From: Planctomycetota bacterium
Lineage (GTDB): Bacteria; Planctomycetota; B15-G4; JADJEK01
Reading direction: 5' to 3'
Assembly: GCA_044225365.1 (NCBI GenBank)
Contig: JBGAIQ010000038.1
Location: 1 to 55,660 of the forward strand
DNA: 55,660 nt
Shown here: piece after piece, positions 20,581 to 31,183 of the stretch
How the letters are laid out: each line of letters starts with the position of its first letter
How positions within the stretch are numbered: the first letter of the stretch is position 1
Made by a program: the position numbers and the translations under genes
Notes under the pieces: model-generated
Told to the model about the DNA's origin: nothing
Seen by the model: the letters and a program-made list of their open reading frames with translations, nothing else
Databases searched by the model: none

Positions 20581-21498
20581 ATGCGCATCCTCCATCGCCT
20601 CGCGCTCGCCGCGATCGCGTTCTTCAGCATTGCATCGACTTCGGCCTCCGCCCAGAGCGTCTGCTGGCAGGAGAACGGCGGCCCGACCTTCAACGACGGA
20701 TTCCTCGTCGGCCCCTCCGCGATCGCCGCCGTGCGCGTCACCGCGGCGTTCGCCTTCACGGCCACCGGGCTCGAGTTCTTCTCCGGCGAGACTCCAGGGC
20801 TCGCGCGCGTGTCGATCTGGAGCGACGATTCGGCGAATACGAAACCGCTCGCGAAGCTCGTGGAACAGTCGTTCACGCTCGCCGCACCGAACGGATTCCA
20901 GGGCGCCGATTTCCACACCCCGCTCGCGATCAGCGCGGGACAAGTGATCTGGGTCGGCATCGCACTGCCGTTCACGGCCCAATCCCCGCTCGACGAGAAG
21001 AAGGACTCGCTCGGGCAGATCTATCGCACGTCGGCCGATAACGGGCAATCGTGGTTCGGCCCGTTCCAGTTCAACACGTCGCACTACAAATTTCGCATTC
21101 GCGGCGCGTGCGGGCCGTGCACGGGCTTCACCACGGCGGGCGGACCGGGGTGCAACGGCATCCTCGGATTCCCAATGCTCTCCGGCGGCGGCTGTCCTAC
21201 GCCGGGCCACGACATCGTCGTCCGCATCGATCAGGGCGCGCCGGCGTCGATCGCGATCCTCACCCTCGGCCTCGGAACCGGCAACGGACAACTCGTCCAG
21301 CTCTGCGCGCTCCACAACCTCCCGCTCGCACCCCTCACGATCCCGCTCGTGCTCGACGCGTCGGGATCGATCACGCTCACCGCGAATCTTCCGGTGGGAA
21401 CCCCGAGCGTCGACTTCTACCTGCAGGCCGTGATCGCGGACTCCGCGATGTTCTACGGCTTCTCCGCGACGAACGTGCTGCGGCTCTCGATCGGCTAG
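20581..21498 (+). CDS. Secreted hypothetical protein (beta-rich N-domain + conserved C-terminal domain)
   Basis: Signal peptide ending ASA-Q. C-terminus LDASG..TL...LP...YLQ....D......TN. Confidence 0.8.
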   Translation: MRILHRLALAAIAFFSIASTSASAQSVCWQENGGPTFNDGFLVGPSAIAAVRVTAAFAFTATGLEFFSGETPGLARVSIWSDDSANTKPLAKLVEQSFTLAAPNGFQGADFHTPLAISAGQVIWVGIALPFTAQSPLDEKKDSLGQIYRTSADNGQSWFGPFQFNTSHYKFRIRGACGPCTGFTTAGGPGCNGILGFPMLSGGGCPTPGHDIVVRIDQGAPASIAILTLGLGTGNGQLVQLCALHNLPLAPLTIPLVLDASGSITLTANLPVGTPSVDFYLQAVIADSAMFYGFSATNVLRLSIG

Positions 21499-21507
21499 GT
21501 CGCTTCT

Positions 21508-23004
21508 TCAGTGATCCCGATTGGCGACCGTCGGCGACGCGGCTCCGTTGACCCCGGACTTCGCGGCCTTCTCTTCCCAATAACTCGGCAGGCCGAGGAG
21601 CCGGCGCGACAGGTCCATCCCGAGACAGATCGTCAGGGCCATGTTGTTGTAATAGAACTGACCCGTGCGACCGACGGCCGAGAGATTGGGGACCGTCTTC
21701 AACTGGTCCCAAAGGACCTTCAGGCGATCGAGGTAGTCGAGCGGGTAGATCGGGTACGAGTCGCGAGCGACGCGCATCTTCACCGAGAGCACGTCCTCGG
21801 GCTTCAGGTGTCCGAGCTTCACGAGGCCGTCGATCACCTGCTTCTCGAGTGCGGGACGATCGATGCTGTCGAGCCCGCCGGGCGGCGACACCTCGGCGCA
21901 GACCGCGTCACAGCCGGGAGGGGCGAGCTTGGTGCAAGCGCGCGTCGGGAAGTACAGACGATTGAAGATCAGATCCGGCTCGGAGTAGTACGTGTAGAAG
22001 TACTTTGCGCCGTGAAGTGGCTTCTTCGTCGTGACGTAGACGAGCGCGATCGAGAGATAGTCGACCTTCGCCCGCTCGAAGGAGAGCTGATCGGCGAGCT
22101 CGTGGATCGTGCCGGTCCAGACCACGTGATCCGGGTTCTCGATCGCGCCGGGCTTGTCGCCCTGCCACTCGACGCGAGTGATCTTGCCTTCGGGACCCGG
22201 CGCGCGCGTGAGCTTCACTCCGCCGCAGTTCAGCACGAGCTTGCCGCCCTGCTGCACGAACTTCTCGGCGATGCCCTCGCCGATCATGCCGATGCCGCCA
22301 TCGGGATACAGGACGCGCGGCATGTTCCGCGACGTCATGTTGAGGTACATCTTGTAGGCCATGTCGAGGCCCTTCAGGATGCGCTTCTTGAGGGGCGGCG
22401 GGCCCTGCGGCTTCTGCGCCCCATGGCCGCCGACCTTTCGCAGGAAGCGATCCTGACCGATATCGATGTCGTTGTCGATCGTGCGGCGCGCGAGGATCCA
22501 CCAGTCGCGATGCAGCTCGGGTCCCTTGATCGTCGGCAGCTTCTTCTCGATGTAGGGCCCGAAGAAGGCGCGGTACATCGAATCGCCGTAGAGCTCCGTC
22601 GTGAATCCGCGATAGTCGAACGAACGCGGATGCTCGTGCTTCACCATCTTGCGGAAGTAGTGGATTCCGCTCCGAATCGGCAACTTGAAGAGCGACGTGG
22701 GCGAAGGCGGCCACGCGATCTCACGTCCCTTGAAATGGGTGCTGATCCGGAAGTCGAGTTCGGAGAAGCCGCCCTTCACGCACTTTCGCGCGTAGTCGGA
22801 GACGTCTTCGCGCACGTTCAGGAAGAAGTAGTGCGGGCCGACATCGAAGATGAAGCCGTCGTCGTTGAACGACCTGGCGAGCCCCGCGACGCCGCCGAGC
22901 TTCTCGAGCACGGTGACATCGTGGCCCGCGTTCACGAGGCGCTCGGCGGTCGAAAGACCGCAGAGGCCGGCGCCGATGATGACGTAGGACTGCCGATTCG
23001 ACAC
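21508..23004 (-). CDS. FAD-dependent oxidoreductase (HemY/amine oxidase/Glf-like superfamily)
   Basis: Motifs IIGAGLCGL, LEK...GLARS...FDVGPHYF, YPDGGIG, YPIY and GRTGQFYYNNM. Confidence 0.88.
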   Translation of the reverse strand: MSNRQSYVIIGAGLCGLSTAERLVNAGHDVTVLEKLGGVAGLARSFNDDGFIFDVGPHYFFLNVREDVSDYARKCVKGGFSELDFRISTHFKGREIAWPPSPTSLFKLPIRSGIHYFRKMVKHEHPRSFDYRGFTTELYGDSMYRAFFGPYIEKKLPTIKGPELHRDWWILARRTIDNDIDIGQDRFLRKVGGHGAQKPQGPPPLKKRILKGLDMAYKMYLNMTSRNMPRVLYPDGGIGMIGEGIAEKFVQQGGKLVLNCGGVKLTRAPGPEGKITRVEWQGDKPGAIENPDHVVWTGTIHELADQLSFERAKVDYLSIALVYVTTKKPLHGAKYFYTYYSEPDLIFNRLYFPTRACTKLAPPGCDAVCAEVSPPGGLDSIDRPALEKQVIDGLVKLGHLKPEDVLSVKMRVARDSYPIYPLDYLDRLKVLWDQLKTVPNLSAVGRTGQFYYNNMALTICLGMDLSRRLLGLPSYWEEKAAKSGVNGAASPTVANRDH

Positions 23005-23083
23005 TTGGACCTCGGAAGCAGGAGCGAAGGACGGTCACGAGACGACGCTTCGCCTCGCGCCGCGCGTTCGCACTCCGCACGAA

Positions 23084-24925
23084 TCAGACGTATTCGGACT
23101 CTGCGGCCCGCTTCGCGCGCCGGCGCTCGTTCTCATCGAGCACCCGCTTGCGAAGGCGGATCGCGGCAGGAGTTACTTCGACCAATTCATCGTCGTCGAT
23201 GTACTCCAGAGCCTCTTCCAGCGCAAAAACCTTGGGGGGCGCGAGGCGTACGTTCTTCTCCGCTCCCGAGGCGCGCATGTTCGTGAGCTTCTTCTCGCGA
23301 CTCACGTTCGCCACGATGTCGCCCGGCTTGCAGTGCTCGCCGACGCACATCCCGACGTAGACCGGATCGGTCGGACCGACGAAGAACGTGCCGCGATCGG
23401 CGAGTCCTTCGAGCGCGTAGAACGTGGCCATGCCCGTTTCCATCGCGACGATCGCGCCATTGATGCGATGCGGGATCGGACCCTTGAAGAAGTCGTACTT
23501 CAGGAAGTTGTGATGAATGACGGCTTCGCCGCCCGTCATCGTGAGCATCTGGGTACGCAAGCCGATGAGACCGCGTGACGGCACCTCGAATTCGAAGTGC
23601 ACCTGAGTACCCCGCGAGTCCATCACCTTGAGCTCGCCCTTGCGCGGCCCGAGGAGTTCGATCACGCGGCCGGCGCACTCCTGCGGACAGTCGACGACGA
23701 GGAGTTCGATCGGCTCGGTGCGCTTGCCGTCCTGCTCGCGATAGATCGGGCGCGGTTTGCCAACCGCGAACTCGTAGCCCTCACGACGCATCGTCTCGAT
23801 CAGGATTCCGAGGTGGAGTGTACCGCGACCCGACACGAGGAAGTGATCGGCGTCCTCGCCGTCCTCGACGCGCAGCGCGACATTCGACTTCAGTTCACGA
23901 TGGAGCCGCTCGCGAATGTGGCGTGACGTGAGGAACGTGCCCGACCGCCCGACGAACGGCGAGTCGTTGACGTGGAACGTCATCGAGATCGTGGGCTCGT
24001 CGACGTTGATGACCTTCAATGCGACCGCGTTCTCGAAGTCGGCGATCGTGTCGCCGATCTCGATTTCGTCGATACCCTGGATCGCGCAGATGTCGCCGGC
24101 CTGCACCGACGTCACTTCCTTGCGCTCGAGGCCTTCGAAGGAATACAGCGTACCGAGGTTCGCGTTGTGGCGCCGACCGTCGCGATGGAGGATCGCGACC
24201 TTCTCCTTCGTCCGCAGCGTGCCGGCGAACACGCGACCGATCGCGATGCGCCCGACGAATTCACTGTAGTCGATCGACGTCACCTGGAATTGCAGAGGGT
24301 CTTCGACCGGCGACTTCGGCGGCGGGACGACGTCGCGGATCATCTCGAGGAGCGGGAGAAGGTTCTTCCGCTCGTCGTTGAGATCGCGCATCGCGAAACC
24401 CTCGCGCGACGACGCGTAGCAGACCGGGAAATCGAGCGTCGCATCGTCGGCGCCGAGGTCGACGAAGAGATCGAACACCTCATCGAGGACCTGGTGTGGC
24501 CGTGCGTCGGGACGATCGATCTTGTTGATGACGACGAGCGGCTTCAGGCCGCGTTCGAACGCCTTCTGGAGCACGAACCGCGTCTGCGGCATCGGCCCTT
24601 CGAAGGCGTCGACGAGCAGCAGCGCCGCATCGGCCATCGTGAGGACGCGCTCGACCTCGCCACCGAAGTCGGCGTGGCCGGGCGTGTCGATGATGTTGAT
24701 CTTGAGCCCCGAGAATCGGATCGACGTATTCTTCGACAGGATCGTGATGCCGCGCTCTCGCTCGAGAGCGCCTCCATCGAGGAGCAGGTCTGCGGTGAGA
24801 TTGCGAGCTTCGACGGCCCCCGCCTGTCGCATCATGCGATCGACGAGCGTGGTCTTGCCATGGTCGACGTGCGCGATGATCGCGACGTTGCGGATCTTTT
24901 CTGCGACAGGGACGGTGGCCGTCAT
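23084..24925 (-). CDS. typA: Translational GTPase TypA/BipA
   Basis: Motifs [40 protein letters not shown] and [11 protein letters not shown]. Confidence 0.97.
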   Translation of the reverse strand: MTATVPVAEKIRNVAIIAHVDHGKTTLVDRMMRQAGAVEARNLTADLLLDGGALERERGITILSKNTSIRFSGLKINIIDTPGHADFGGEVERVLTMADAALLLVDAFEGPMPQTRFVLQKAFERGLKPLVVINKIDRPDARPHQVLDEVFDLFVDLGADDATLDFPVCYASSREGFAMRDLNDERKNLLPLLEMIRDVVPPPKSPVEDPLQFQVTSIDYSEFVGRIAIGRVFAGTLRTKEKVAILHRDGRRHNANLGTLYSFEGLERKEVTSVQAGDICAIQGIDEIEIGDTIADFENAVALKVINVDEPTISMTFHVNDSPFVGRSGTFLTSRHIRERLHRELKSNVALRVEDGEDADHFLVSGRGTLHLGILIETMRREGYEFAVGKPRPIYREQDGKRTEPIELLVVDCPQECAGRVIELLGPRKGELKVMDSRGTQVHFEFEVPSRGLIGLRTQMLTMTGGEAVIHHNFLKYDFFKGPIPHRINGAIVAMETGMATFYALEGLADRGTFFVGPTDPVYVGMCVGEHCKPGDIVANVSREKKLTNMRASGAEKNVRLAPPKVFALEEALEYIDDDELVEVTPAAIRLRKRVLDENERRRAKRAAESEYV

Positions 24926-24976
24926 CGTGGATTCGTCGTTTCCGTACGAGCGCAATCGCGCCCGATTCTCTGGGTA

Positions 24977-26269
24977 TTACGCGTAGATTCCGCGCGCCTT
25001 GATGGCCTGCGCGACTCGGTCGACACCCACCATGTAGGCGCCGATCCGGAGATTGACCTTGTGCTTCTCCGCCATCGCGGCGACGTCCTTGAAGGAGCGT
25101 CGCATGATGACGTCGAGGCGCTGGTTGACCTCCTCCTCGGTCCAGTAGTAACCCATGCGGTTCTGGACCCACTCGAAGTAGGAGACCGTCACGCCGCCGG
25201 CGTTGGCGAGGATGTCCGGCACCGAGGTGACGCCCATCTTGTCGAGGATCGCGTCGGCGTCGGCCGTCGTCGGGCCGTTCGCGCCCTCGACGATGATCTT
25301 CGCCTTGACCTTCGCGGCGTTGCTCGTCGTGATCACGTTCTCGATCGCGGCCGGGATCAGCACGTCGCAATCGACCGTGATGACGTCGAGGCCCTTGATC
25401 TGCTCGGCCTCGGGGTAGCCCGCGAGCGTCTTGTTCTTCGCGAGGAATTCCTGGACCTTGTGGATGTCGAGGCCGTTCTTGTTGTAGAGGCCGCAGTTGA
25501 TGTCGGCGACCGCGACGACCTTGACGCCCTTCTCGTGGATGAGCTGCGCGCCGATGCCGCCGACGTTGCCGAAGCCGTGCACGGAGACGCGGGCCTTCGT
25601 GAGGTCGACGTTCTTGTACTTCGCCGCTTCCTCGAGCGTGATGAGGACGCCGCGGCCCGTGGCTTCACGGCGACCGAGCGAACCGCCGAGCACGATGGGC
25701 TTGCCCGTCACGACGCCGGCCGCGGTCGAGCGGACGTGCATCGAGTAGGTGTCCATCAGCCAGCCCATGATCTTCTCGTTCGTGTTGACGTCCGGCGCGG
25801 GGACATCGCGATCGGGGCCGATGATGTCCATGATCGCCGCGGTGTAGCGTCGCGTGAGCTGTTCGAGTTCGCGGTCCGACATTCCCTTCGGATCGCAGAT
25901 CACGCCGCCCTTGCCGCCGCCGAACGGGACGTTCACGACCGCGCACTTCCACGTCATCCACGCGGCGAGCGCGCGGACTTCGTCGAGCGTCACGTTCTTG
26001 TCGAAGCGGATACCGCCCTTCGCGGGACCGCGCGCCAGGCTGTGCTGGACGCGGTAGCCGGTGTAGACCTCCCACTTGCCGTTGTCGTGCTGGACGGGGA
26101 TCGCAACCGTCATCTCACGATCGGGCACGCGCAAGATCTCGTAGATCTTGTCGTCGAGTCCGAGCTTCTGGGCCGCGAGATCGAAGCGGCGAAGCATGGC
26201 CTCATAGGGATTGGTCTCACCCAACGGAGCACCCGCGAACGGGCCAGGATCGGCTTGCAGCATGGACAC
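24977..26269 (-). CDS. gdhA: Glu/Leu/Phe/Val dehydrogenase (glutamate dehydrogenase)
   Basis: Motifs [33 protein letters not shown] and [16 protein letters not shown]. Confidence 0.95.
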   Translation of the reverse strand: MSMLQADPGPFAGAPLGETNPYEAMLRRFDLAAQKLGLDDKIYEILRVPDREMTVAIPVQHDNGKWEVYTGYRVQHSLARGPAKGGIRFDKNVTLDEVRALAAWMTWKCAVVNVPFGGGKGGVICDPKGMSDRELEQLTRRYTAAIMDIIGPDRDVPAPDVNTNEKIMGWLMDTYSMHVRSTAAGVVTGKPIVLGGSLGRREATGRGVLITLEEAAKYKNVDLTKARVSVHGFGNVGGIGAQLIHEKGVKVVAVADINCGLYNKNGLDIHKVQEFLAKNKTLAGYPEAEQIKGLDVITVDCDVLIPAAIENVITTSNAAKVKAKIIVEGANGPTTADADAILDKMGVTSVPDILANAGGVTVSYFEWVQNRMGYYWTEEEVNQRLDVIMRRSFKDVAAMAEKHKVNLRIGAYMVGVDRVAQAIKARGIYA

Positions 26270-26578
26270 TCTCCAGCACTCCTGCGAGCTATTGAACGTC
26301 CGAACGGTGAATCCAACCGATCCCCGCTCCCAAGACGCATGGGCTGCGGTGAGATCGTGACGCGTTCAGGGACACACGGACGAAACCGGCAGTTTATACC
26401 GGAATGGGGTCGATCAGCAAGCAAACGCACGCCGGAAGTGACGCAGAACACCATCGCGGTTCGAGGATGGCGTGGGCCCACGAATCCGGTTCCTTTCGAG
26501 GATGGGTGTCACCGCGGACGGAGAACGGTCGTTCACGAAGTTGCTTCTCCACCTGCCGCGCCAGGTTCGAGGGATCTC

Positions 26579-27862
26579 GTGTCCAAGCTTCCAAACCTCT
26601 CAGTGAAAGCGTGCGCGCTCGCGTTCGGCCTCTCGTCGCTCGCGATGGCCGGCGGAAACGTCCTCGTCGTCGACATTGCATCGGGTCCCGGCATCGACTT
26701 CCACAGTGTCGGCGACGCCTACGCCCATGCGACCGAAGGCGACACGATCGTAGTCCGCCCCGGGTCGTACACGGGTCAACTGCTCTTGTTCACCAAGGGC
26801 GTGACGATCGTCGGAGACGCGGGCCCCGGCGGAACGAAGCCGATCGTCACGAATGCGATGACGTGGATCGCGGGCGTGCCCGCGGGGAGTCGACTCCTCC
26901 TCGCGAATCTGCGCTTCGAACGAAAGTTCGATCCCTTCGAGTCCAACGAGGCGATCTCGATCACGAACTGCGCGGGACAGATCACCATCGAGGATTGCGA
27001 GATCGTTGGCGGTGACCCCTGCGTTCGCGTCGTCAACTGTCCGAGCATCCACATCGCACGCACGTCGGCGACGGGTTGGGCGGGCGTTTTCGTGAGCGGC
27101 AACAACTCGCCGGGATCCGGCCTGCGGGTCGAGAATTCGACCGTCGACGCGTGGGACTCGTCCTGGACCGGGGGTCCCGGCGGCCAGAACCTGTTCGTAC
27201 CGTTCCCGAACGGCCAGAACGGGGCGGCGGGCATCGAACTCGTGAGCGGACATCTCTTCGTCTCGGGATGCTCCGCGACCGGCGGGAAGGGCGGACCGGG
27301 CCAGAAGAATCTGATCCTCGGCGGTTGCGTCCCCCCGGGAAACGGTGGCGCGGGAATTGCGCTCGTTTCGAATGCAGCTTCGCTCGTCGACCTCGATGTG
27401 ACTCTCGTTGCGGGAGCCGGAGGTTCGGGAACGACCGACTGCCCCGCGACGGGACAAGCCGGCGTTCCGCTCGCACTCGGCGGTGGTTCGCGGACGACGA
27501 TCCCGCAGATCCATCGCTCTCTCCAGGTATCGAGTCTCTCGAGGGAGGGCGATGTCGCCTCGACCACCCTCGTCGGAGTCCCTGGGGAGCCGGTGCTGCT
27601 CTTGCTGTCCGGTACCTCGCTCGGCGCGGGTGTCCCATCGCTCTTGGGCACGCTCCTGCCCGGACTCCCGCTCATCGCGATCTCAGTCGGTGTATTGCCG
27701 GGTTCGGGATCGCTCACGTTCTCGACGGTGATCCCGCCGGACGCTCTCCCGATCGGCATCGAGAGTCTCGTCCTCTACGAGCAATTCGTCGTGCCCGCTC
27801 CGGGTGGCAAGGGATTGCTCTCCTCCCCGCAGGCGGTCGTCTTCCTCGACTCGTCCTTCTGA
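26579..27862 (+). CDS. Secreted hypothetical protein, probable right-handed beta-helix with GGxGG repeats + conserved C-terminal domain
   Basis: GTG 26579 follows GAGGG. Signal peptide ending AMA-G, then VLVVD...A.EGDTIVVRPGSY. Only the 3' part of track ORF 23972-27862 is real. Confidence 0.78.
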   Translation: MSKLPNLSVKACALAFGLSSLAMAGGNVLVVDIASGPGIDFHSVGDAYAHATEGDTIVVRPGSYTGQLLLFTKGVTIVGDAGPGGTKPIVTNAMTWIAGVPAGSRLLLANLRFERKFDPFESNEAISITNCAGQITIEDCEIVGGDPCVRVVNCPSIHIARTSATGWAGVFVSGNNSPGSGLRVENSTVDAWDSSWTGGPGGQNLFVPFPNGQNGAAGIELVSGHLFVSGCSATGGKGGPGQKNLILGGCVPPGNGGAGIALVSNAASLVDLDVTLVAGAGGSGTTDCPATGQAGVPLALGGGSRTTIPQIHRSLQVSSLSREGDVASTTLVGVPGEPVLLLLSGTSLGAGVPSLLGTLLPGLPLIAISVGVLPGSGSLTFSTVIPPDALPIGIESLVLYEQFVVPAPGGKGLLSSPQAVVFLDSSF

Positions 27863-27878
27863 GGGACGTTCTCGCGCC

Positions 27879-29555
27879 TCATCGCGGCTCGCGCAGCGGG
27901 AAGATGTAGACCTTCCCGCCGGGCAACATGACGACCCGCGGCTTCGCGCCGCTCGACTCGAGCGCGTCGAGTACGGGGTCCTTGCCCTGCGGCAGCGGCG
28001 TGTAGACGAAGTAGTCGAATCGCCCCTCTTCGCGCTCAGCGAGGGCGAGACCGTCCGCCGTCTTCACGCCGCCCCGCATCCGGCGATCGGAATACCACGC
28101 GTACTCCGGCTCACCGAGCAGCCGCGAGGAGATCGGATTGCACGGGAGATTGGTGAGCACGCGCTGATCCGGGCGGATCGCCTCCCGGATCGCGCGGCCG
28201 AGCGTCGCCTTGGGAAGACTCAGTTCCTGGGCAGCCAGCGTTCGCACAGTCTCGGAACGCGCTGGCCAGCCGATCGCGGCGGCCGCCACGAGTGAGATCA
28301 GGATCGCGAATCCCTCGCCTTGGGATCGCGCCGCGCGGAAACGCACTGTCTCGACGAGGTTCGCCGCGGCGAGAGCGAACGCGGGGAGCAGCAAGAAGGT
28401 CCAATAGTCGTGGACGAGAGCGCCCTGCGGGAACAAGGCGATGTGCGCGATTCCGGTGAGCGCGAGCACGACGATCGCGAGTCGCATCGAATCACTCGTC
28501 GCCGGTTCAGCCATTTTCACCGGATCCGATCCCTCGCCGTCGCCCGTTCGCCACCTCGGTGCGAAGAGAGCGAGGATCGATCCGATCGCACCGAGGGCGA
28601 TCAACGCCGTGGTGAACATTCGAACGAAGTTGCGGCCCGCGGTCTCGAGCGCCGCCGCCACCTCCTCATGCGATGCCGCAGAGAGTCCGGAGAAAGTGCG
28701 CACGGCCGCGCCCTGGAACAGCGCCGCCGAGGACTCCTGTCCGATCGCGTGAACCCAAGCGAGAAAGGCGAGGAAGAACGCGATCGGAACGAGCGGCAGC
28801 ATCGAAACGCGCCGATCCCGAGTCCCTCCGGGCAGGATTCGATCGGCGACCGCGATCACGCCGATGGGATAGGCGGCGGACCAGTCCGAGAGCATGCCGA
28901 CGATCGCGAACAGCGACAGTGCGACGAGATCGAGACTCGATCGGCTCGCGCGAAACCGCAGGTACGCCCACGTCTCGAGGATCACCGCGAGCACCACGAT
29001 GGGGCCCTGCGGATCGACGTGCCCGCCGTAGAGCGTCGCCATCGGCGGCAGCGAGGAGAACAGCGCCGCGAGCGCTGGACCGCCGCTGCCGGAACGAAAA
29101 CACCTTCGCGCGAGCAGGAAGATCGCGAACGGCACGAGCAGTCCAAGTGCGAAGAACGGCAACCGCGCCGACCGCTCACTCTCGCCGAACTCGACGAACG
29201 ACAGACCGACGAGCAACGGCGCGAGCGGCGGATGATGCAGGTACAGATCGCGCTCGCCCTTTTCGGAGAGCCCCGGCGTGAGATCGGGTGCGCCGAGGTT
29301 CTGGGCGAAACCGTGTCGCACGTAGTTGCGGCCGGCGATCGCGTAGCGCGCCGCATTGTGATTCGGGAAACCGTCGGTGAAGGCCGACGACAGCGGTTTG
29401 CCCATGAAGTACGCGAGATGTGCGAGCCCGATCGCGAACAGGAGCAGGACGAACCACGTAGGCGCGCGCCCCGAGGTGTTGGCGAGCATCGTGATCGTGC
29501 CCGCACCTTGCGAGGCCGCCTCGTCGTTCGTGTCGTTCACCATTCCCTCACCCAT
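27879..29555 (-). CDS. ArnT/PMT-like (GT-C, GT39/GT83-type) membrane glycosyltransferase
   Basis: Many TM helices, YLHHPPL motif, FGESERSARL, and a C-terminal soluble domain. Confidence 0.8.
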   Translation of the reverse strand: MGEGMVNDTNDEAASQGAGTITMLANTSGRAPTWFVLLLFAIGLAHLAYFMGKPLSSAFTDGFPNHNAARYAIAGRNYVRHGFAQNLGAPDLTPGLSEKGERDLYLHHPPLAPLLVGLSFVEFGESERSARLPFFALGLLVPFAIFLLARRCFRSGSGGPALAALFSSLPPMATLYGGHVDPQGPIVVLAVILETWAYLRFRASRSSLDLVALSLFAIVGMLSDWSAAYPIGVIAVADRILPGGTRDRRVSMLPLVPIAFFLAFLAWVHAIGQESSAALFQGAAVRTFSGLSAASHEEVAAALETAGRNFVRMFTTALIALGAIGSILALFAPRWRTGDGEGSDPVKMAEPATSDSMRLAIVVLALTGIAHIALFPQGALVHDYWTFLLLPAFALAAANLVETVRFRAARSQGEGFAILISLVAAAAIGWPARSETVRTLAAQELSLPKATLGRAIREAIRPDQRVLTNLPCNPISSRLLGEPEYAWYSDRRMRGGVKTADGLALAEREEGRFDYFVYTPLPQGKDPVLDALESSGAKPRVVMLPGGKVYIFPLREPR

Positions 29556-29558
29556 CGT

Positions 29559-31073
29559 TCACCACGGCCGCAAGGTCTCTGCGAGGCCTCGCAGCGATCG
29601 TCCGAATCCGGCTTTCTCCGGCGGTTGCGGCCTCGCCGTGACTCGCTCCTTGGCGAGCAGCGCCTCGAGTCGATCGTCGCTGATCTGGAACAGCTCGCGA
29701 CGCAATGCAGGCGCTCGCGCGAGGAGACCCTCGATCGCGAAGCGACCGAGTCGAATCACCTCGAGACCGTGGGCTCCCGCAACGACGTCGGCCGTGCGCG
29801 CCGTCTGATGCAGGATGCCGATGTCGCCGAAGAATCCGGGTGCTTCGAGACTCACGCGATGACCGTCGGGCAACACGACCTCGCAATTCCCCGATCGGAT
29901 GATGTACATCGCATCCGACGGATCACCGCGCCGGACGACGGTCGCACCCGACTCGAATCGCTGCACGGATCCGTTGCGGGCGAGATACTGCCGATCGCCA
30001 TACGACGCATGCGTCGCGAACGGCTCGGTCGCGGCGAACACCGCGGCGAGATCCGCGACGTGCTCGCTCTCGCTCTGTTCGAATCGGGCTCGATCCGCGT
30101 TGTCGATCGGCGTGATCGTGCGGATCGGCACCGCGATGTCGATCGCGCGCTCCTTGAACGCGTACCAGATTGCCGTCCGCAATCGATCCGCGATGTTCTC
30201 GTCCTCGCGCATCCCGTGGATCCAGTAGCAGACCTCGAACAGCATGCCGTGGTCCTGGAAATCCTTCAGCCGCACGAGGGGCGCCGGGTCCTTCAGCACG
30301 GCCGACTCGCGCGCGACGACGGAGTGCATCGTCTCCTTCACGATCGCCGGCGGATGCCGGCAGGAGACGCTGACGTAGAGCCTTCGCCGCACGATGTCGC
30401 TCGGACGCTGGAAATTGATGACCGGCGCGGTGAACACCTGATCGTTCGGGACGAAGACCGTCTCGCCGTCGAGCGTCTCGATTTGCAGGCCGCGCCAGGT
30501 CTTCGCGACGACGAAGCCGCGCGGTCCGCCGCTCCCGCTCCCCGCCGCGATCTGCACGAATTCGCCCTGCTGCACGACGTTGTCGACTTCGTTGCTCATC
30601 CCGGAGAACAGGTTCCCGAGAGGCTTTTGCAGCGCGAGGCCGAACACGACCGAGCCGACCGCCGCGCTCGTCACCATGTTGCCGAAGTTGAAGTCGGGGT
30701 AGTTGAACTTCACGGCGATGGGGACGGCGATGAGCACGAGGCCGAGCTTCAGGAAGAGGCGATGGAACGCGACACCCTCGTCTCCGGTCCGCAGCCTCCG
30801 CACCCATGAGAGCCCCGCCGAGAACAGCGTCGCGCCGAGGAGGATCGATGCGAACGTCCGCCACGCCCAGCTCACGTTGATCTCGGTGCCGAAGAGTTGC
30901 AGCATCGAGCCCCGGAACCAATCCGGTAGGTAGAGATCGGCGGCGAACGCGGGCACGACGAGGAAGGCGAGGACGATCCCGGCCTGGCGCAGATCGCGAC
31001 GGCAACGCAGAGCGAGCTTCAGCCCGAGCAAGAAGCCGTACAGCAGCAGGATCAATTCGAGGGTGGCGGCCAT
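29559..31073 (-). CDS. MscS-family mechanosensitive channel with C-terminal cyclic-nucleotide-binding domain
   Basis: MscS motifs GLALQKPLGNLFSG and TWRGLQIETLDGETVFVPN. cNMP domain RRGDPSDAMYIIRSG...FFGDIGIL...RTADV. Confidence 0.9.
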   Translation of the reverse strand: MAATLELILLLYGFLLGLKLALRCRRDLRQAGIVLAFLVVPAFAADLYLPDWFRGSMLQLFGTEINVSWAWRTFASILLGATLFSAGLSWVRRLRTGDEGVAFHRLFLKLGLVLIAVPIAVKFNYPDFNFGNMVTSAAVGSVVFGLALQKPLGNLFSGMSNEVDNVVQQGEFVQIAAGSGSGGPRGFVVAKTWRGLQIETLDGETVFVPNDQVFTAPVINFQRPSDIVRRRLYVSVSCRHPPAIVKETMHSVVARESAVLKDPAPLVRLKDFQDHGMLFEVCYWIHGMREDENIADRLRTAIWYAFKERAIDIAVPIRTITPIDNADRARFEQSESEHVADLAAVFAATEPFATHASYGDRQYLARNGSVQRFESGATVVRRGDPSDAMYIIRSGNCEVVLPDGHRVSLEAPGFFGDIGILHQTARTADVVAGAHGLEVIRLGRFAIEGLLARAPALRRELFQISDDRLEALLAKERVTARPQPPEKAGFGRSLRGLAETLRPW

Positions 31074-31183
31074 CGCGCCATTGAATCCATGACGCCACAC
31101 TCCGTCAAATACGCATCCGACTGGACTTCGCACGCGCGAGCCTCGATGATGCGATCTCACGAACGATTTGCGTCGAGGTTTCC

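Noticed and set aside
23972-26578. N-terminal ~870 aa of the 1296-aa ORF
   Set aside because: Antisense to typA and gdhA; only the part from ~26579 looks like a real protein.
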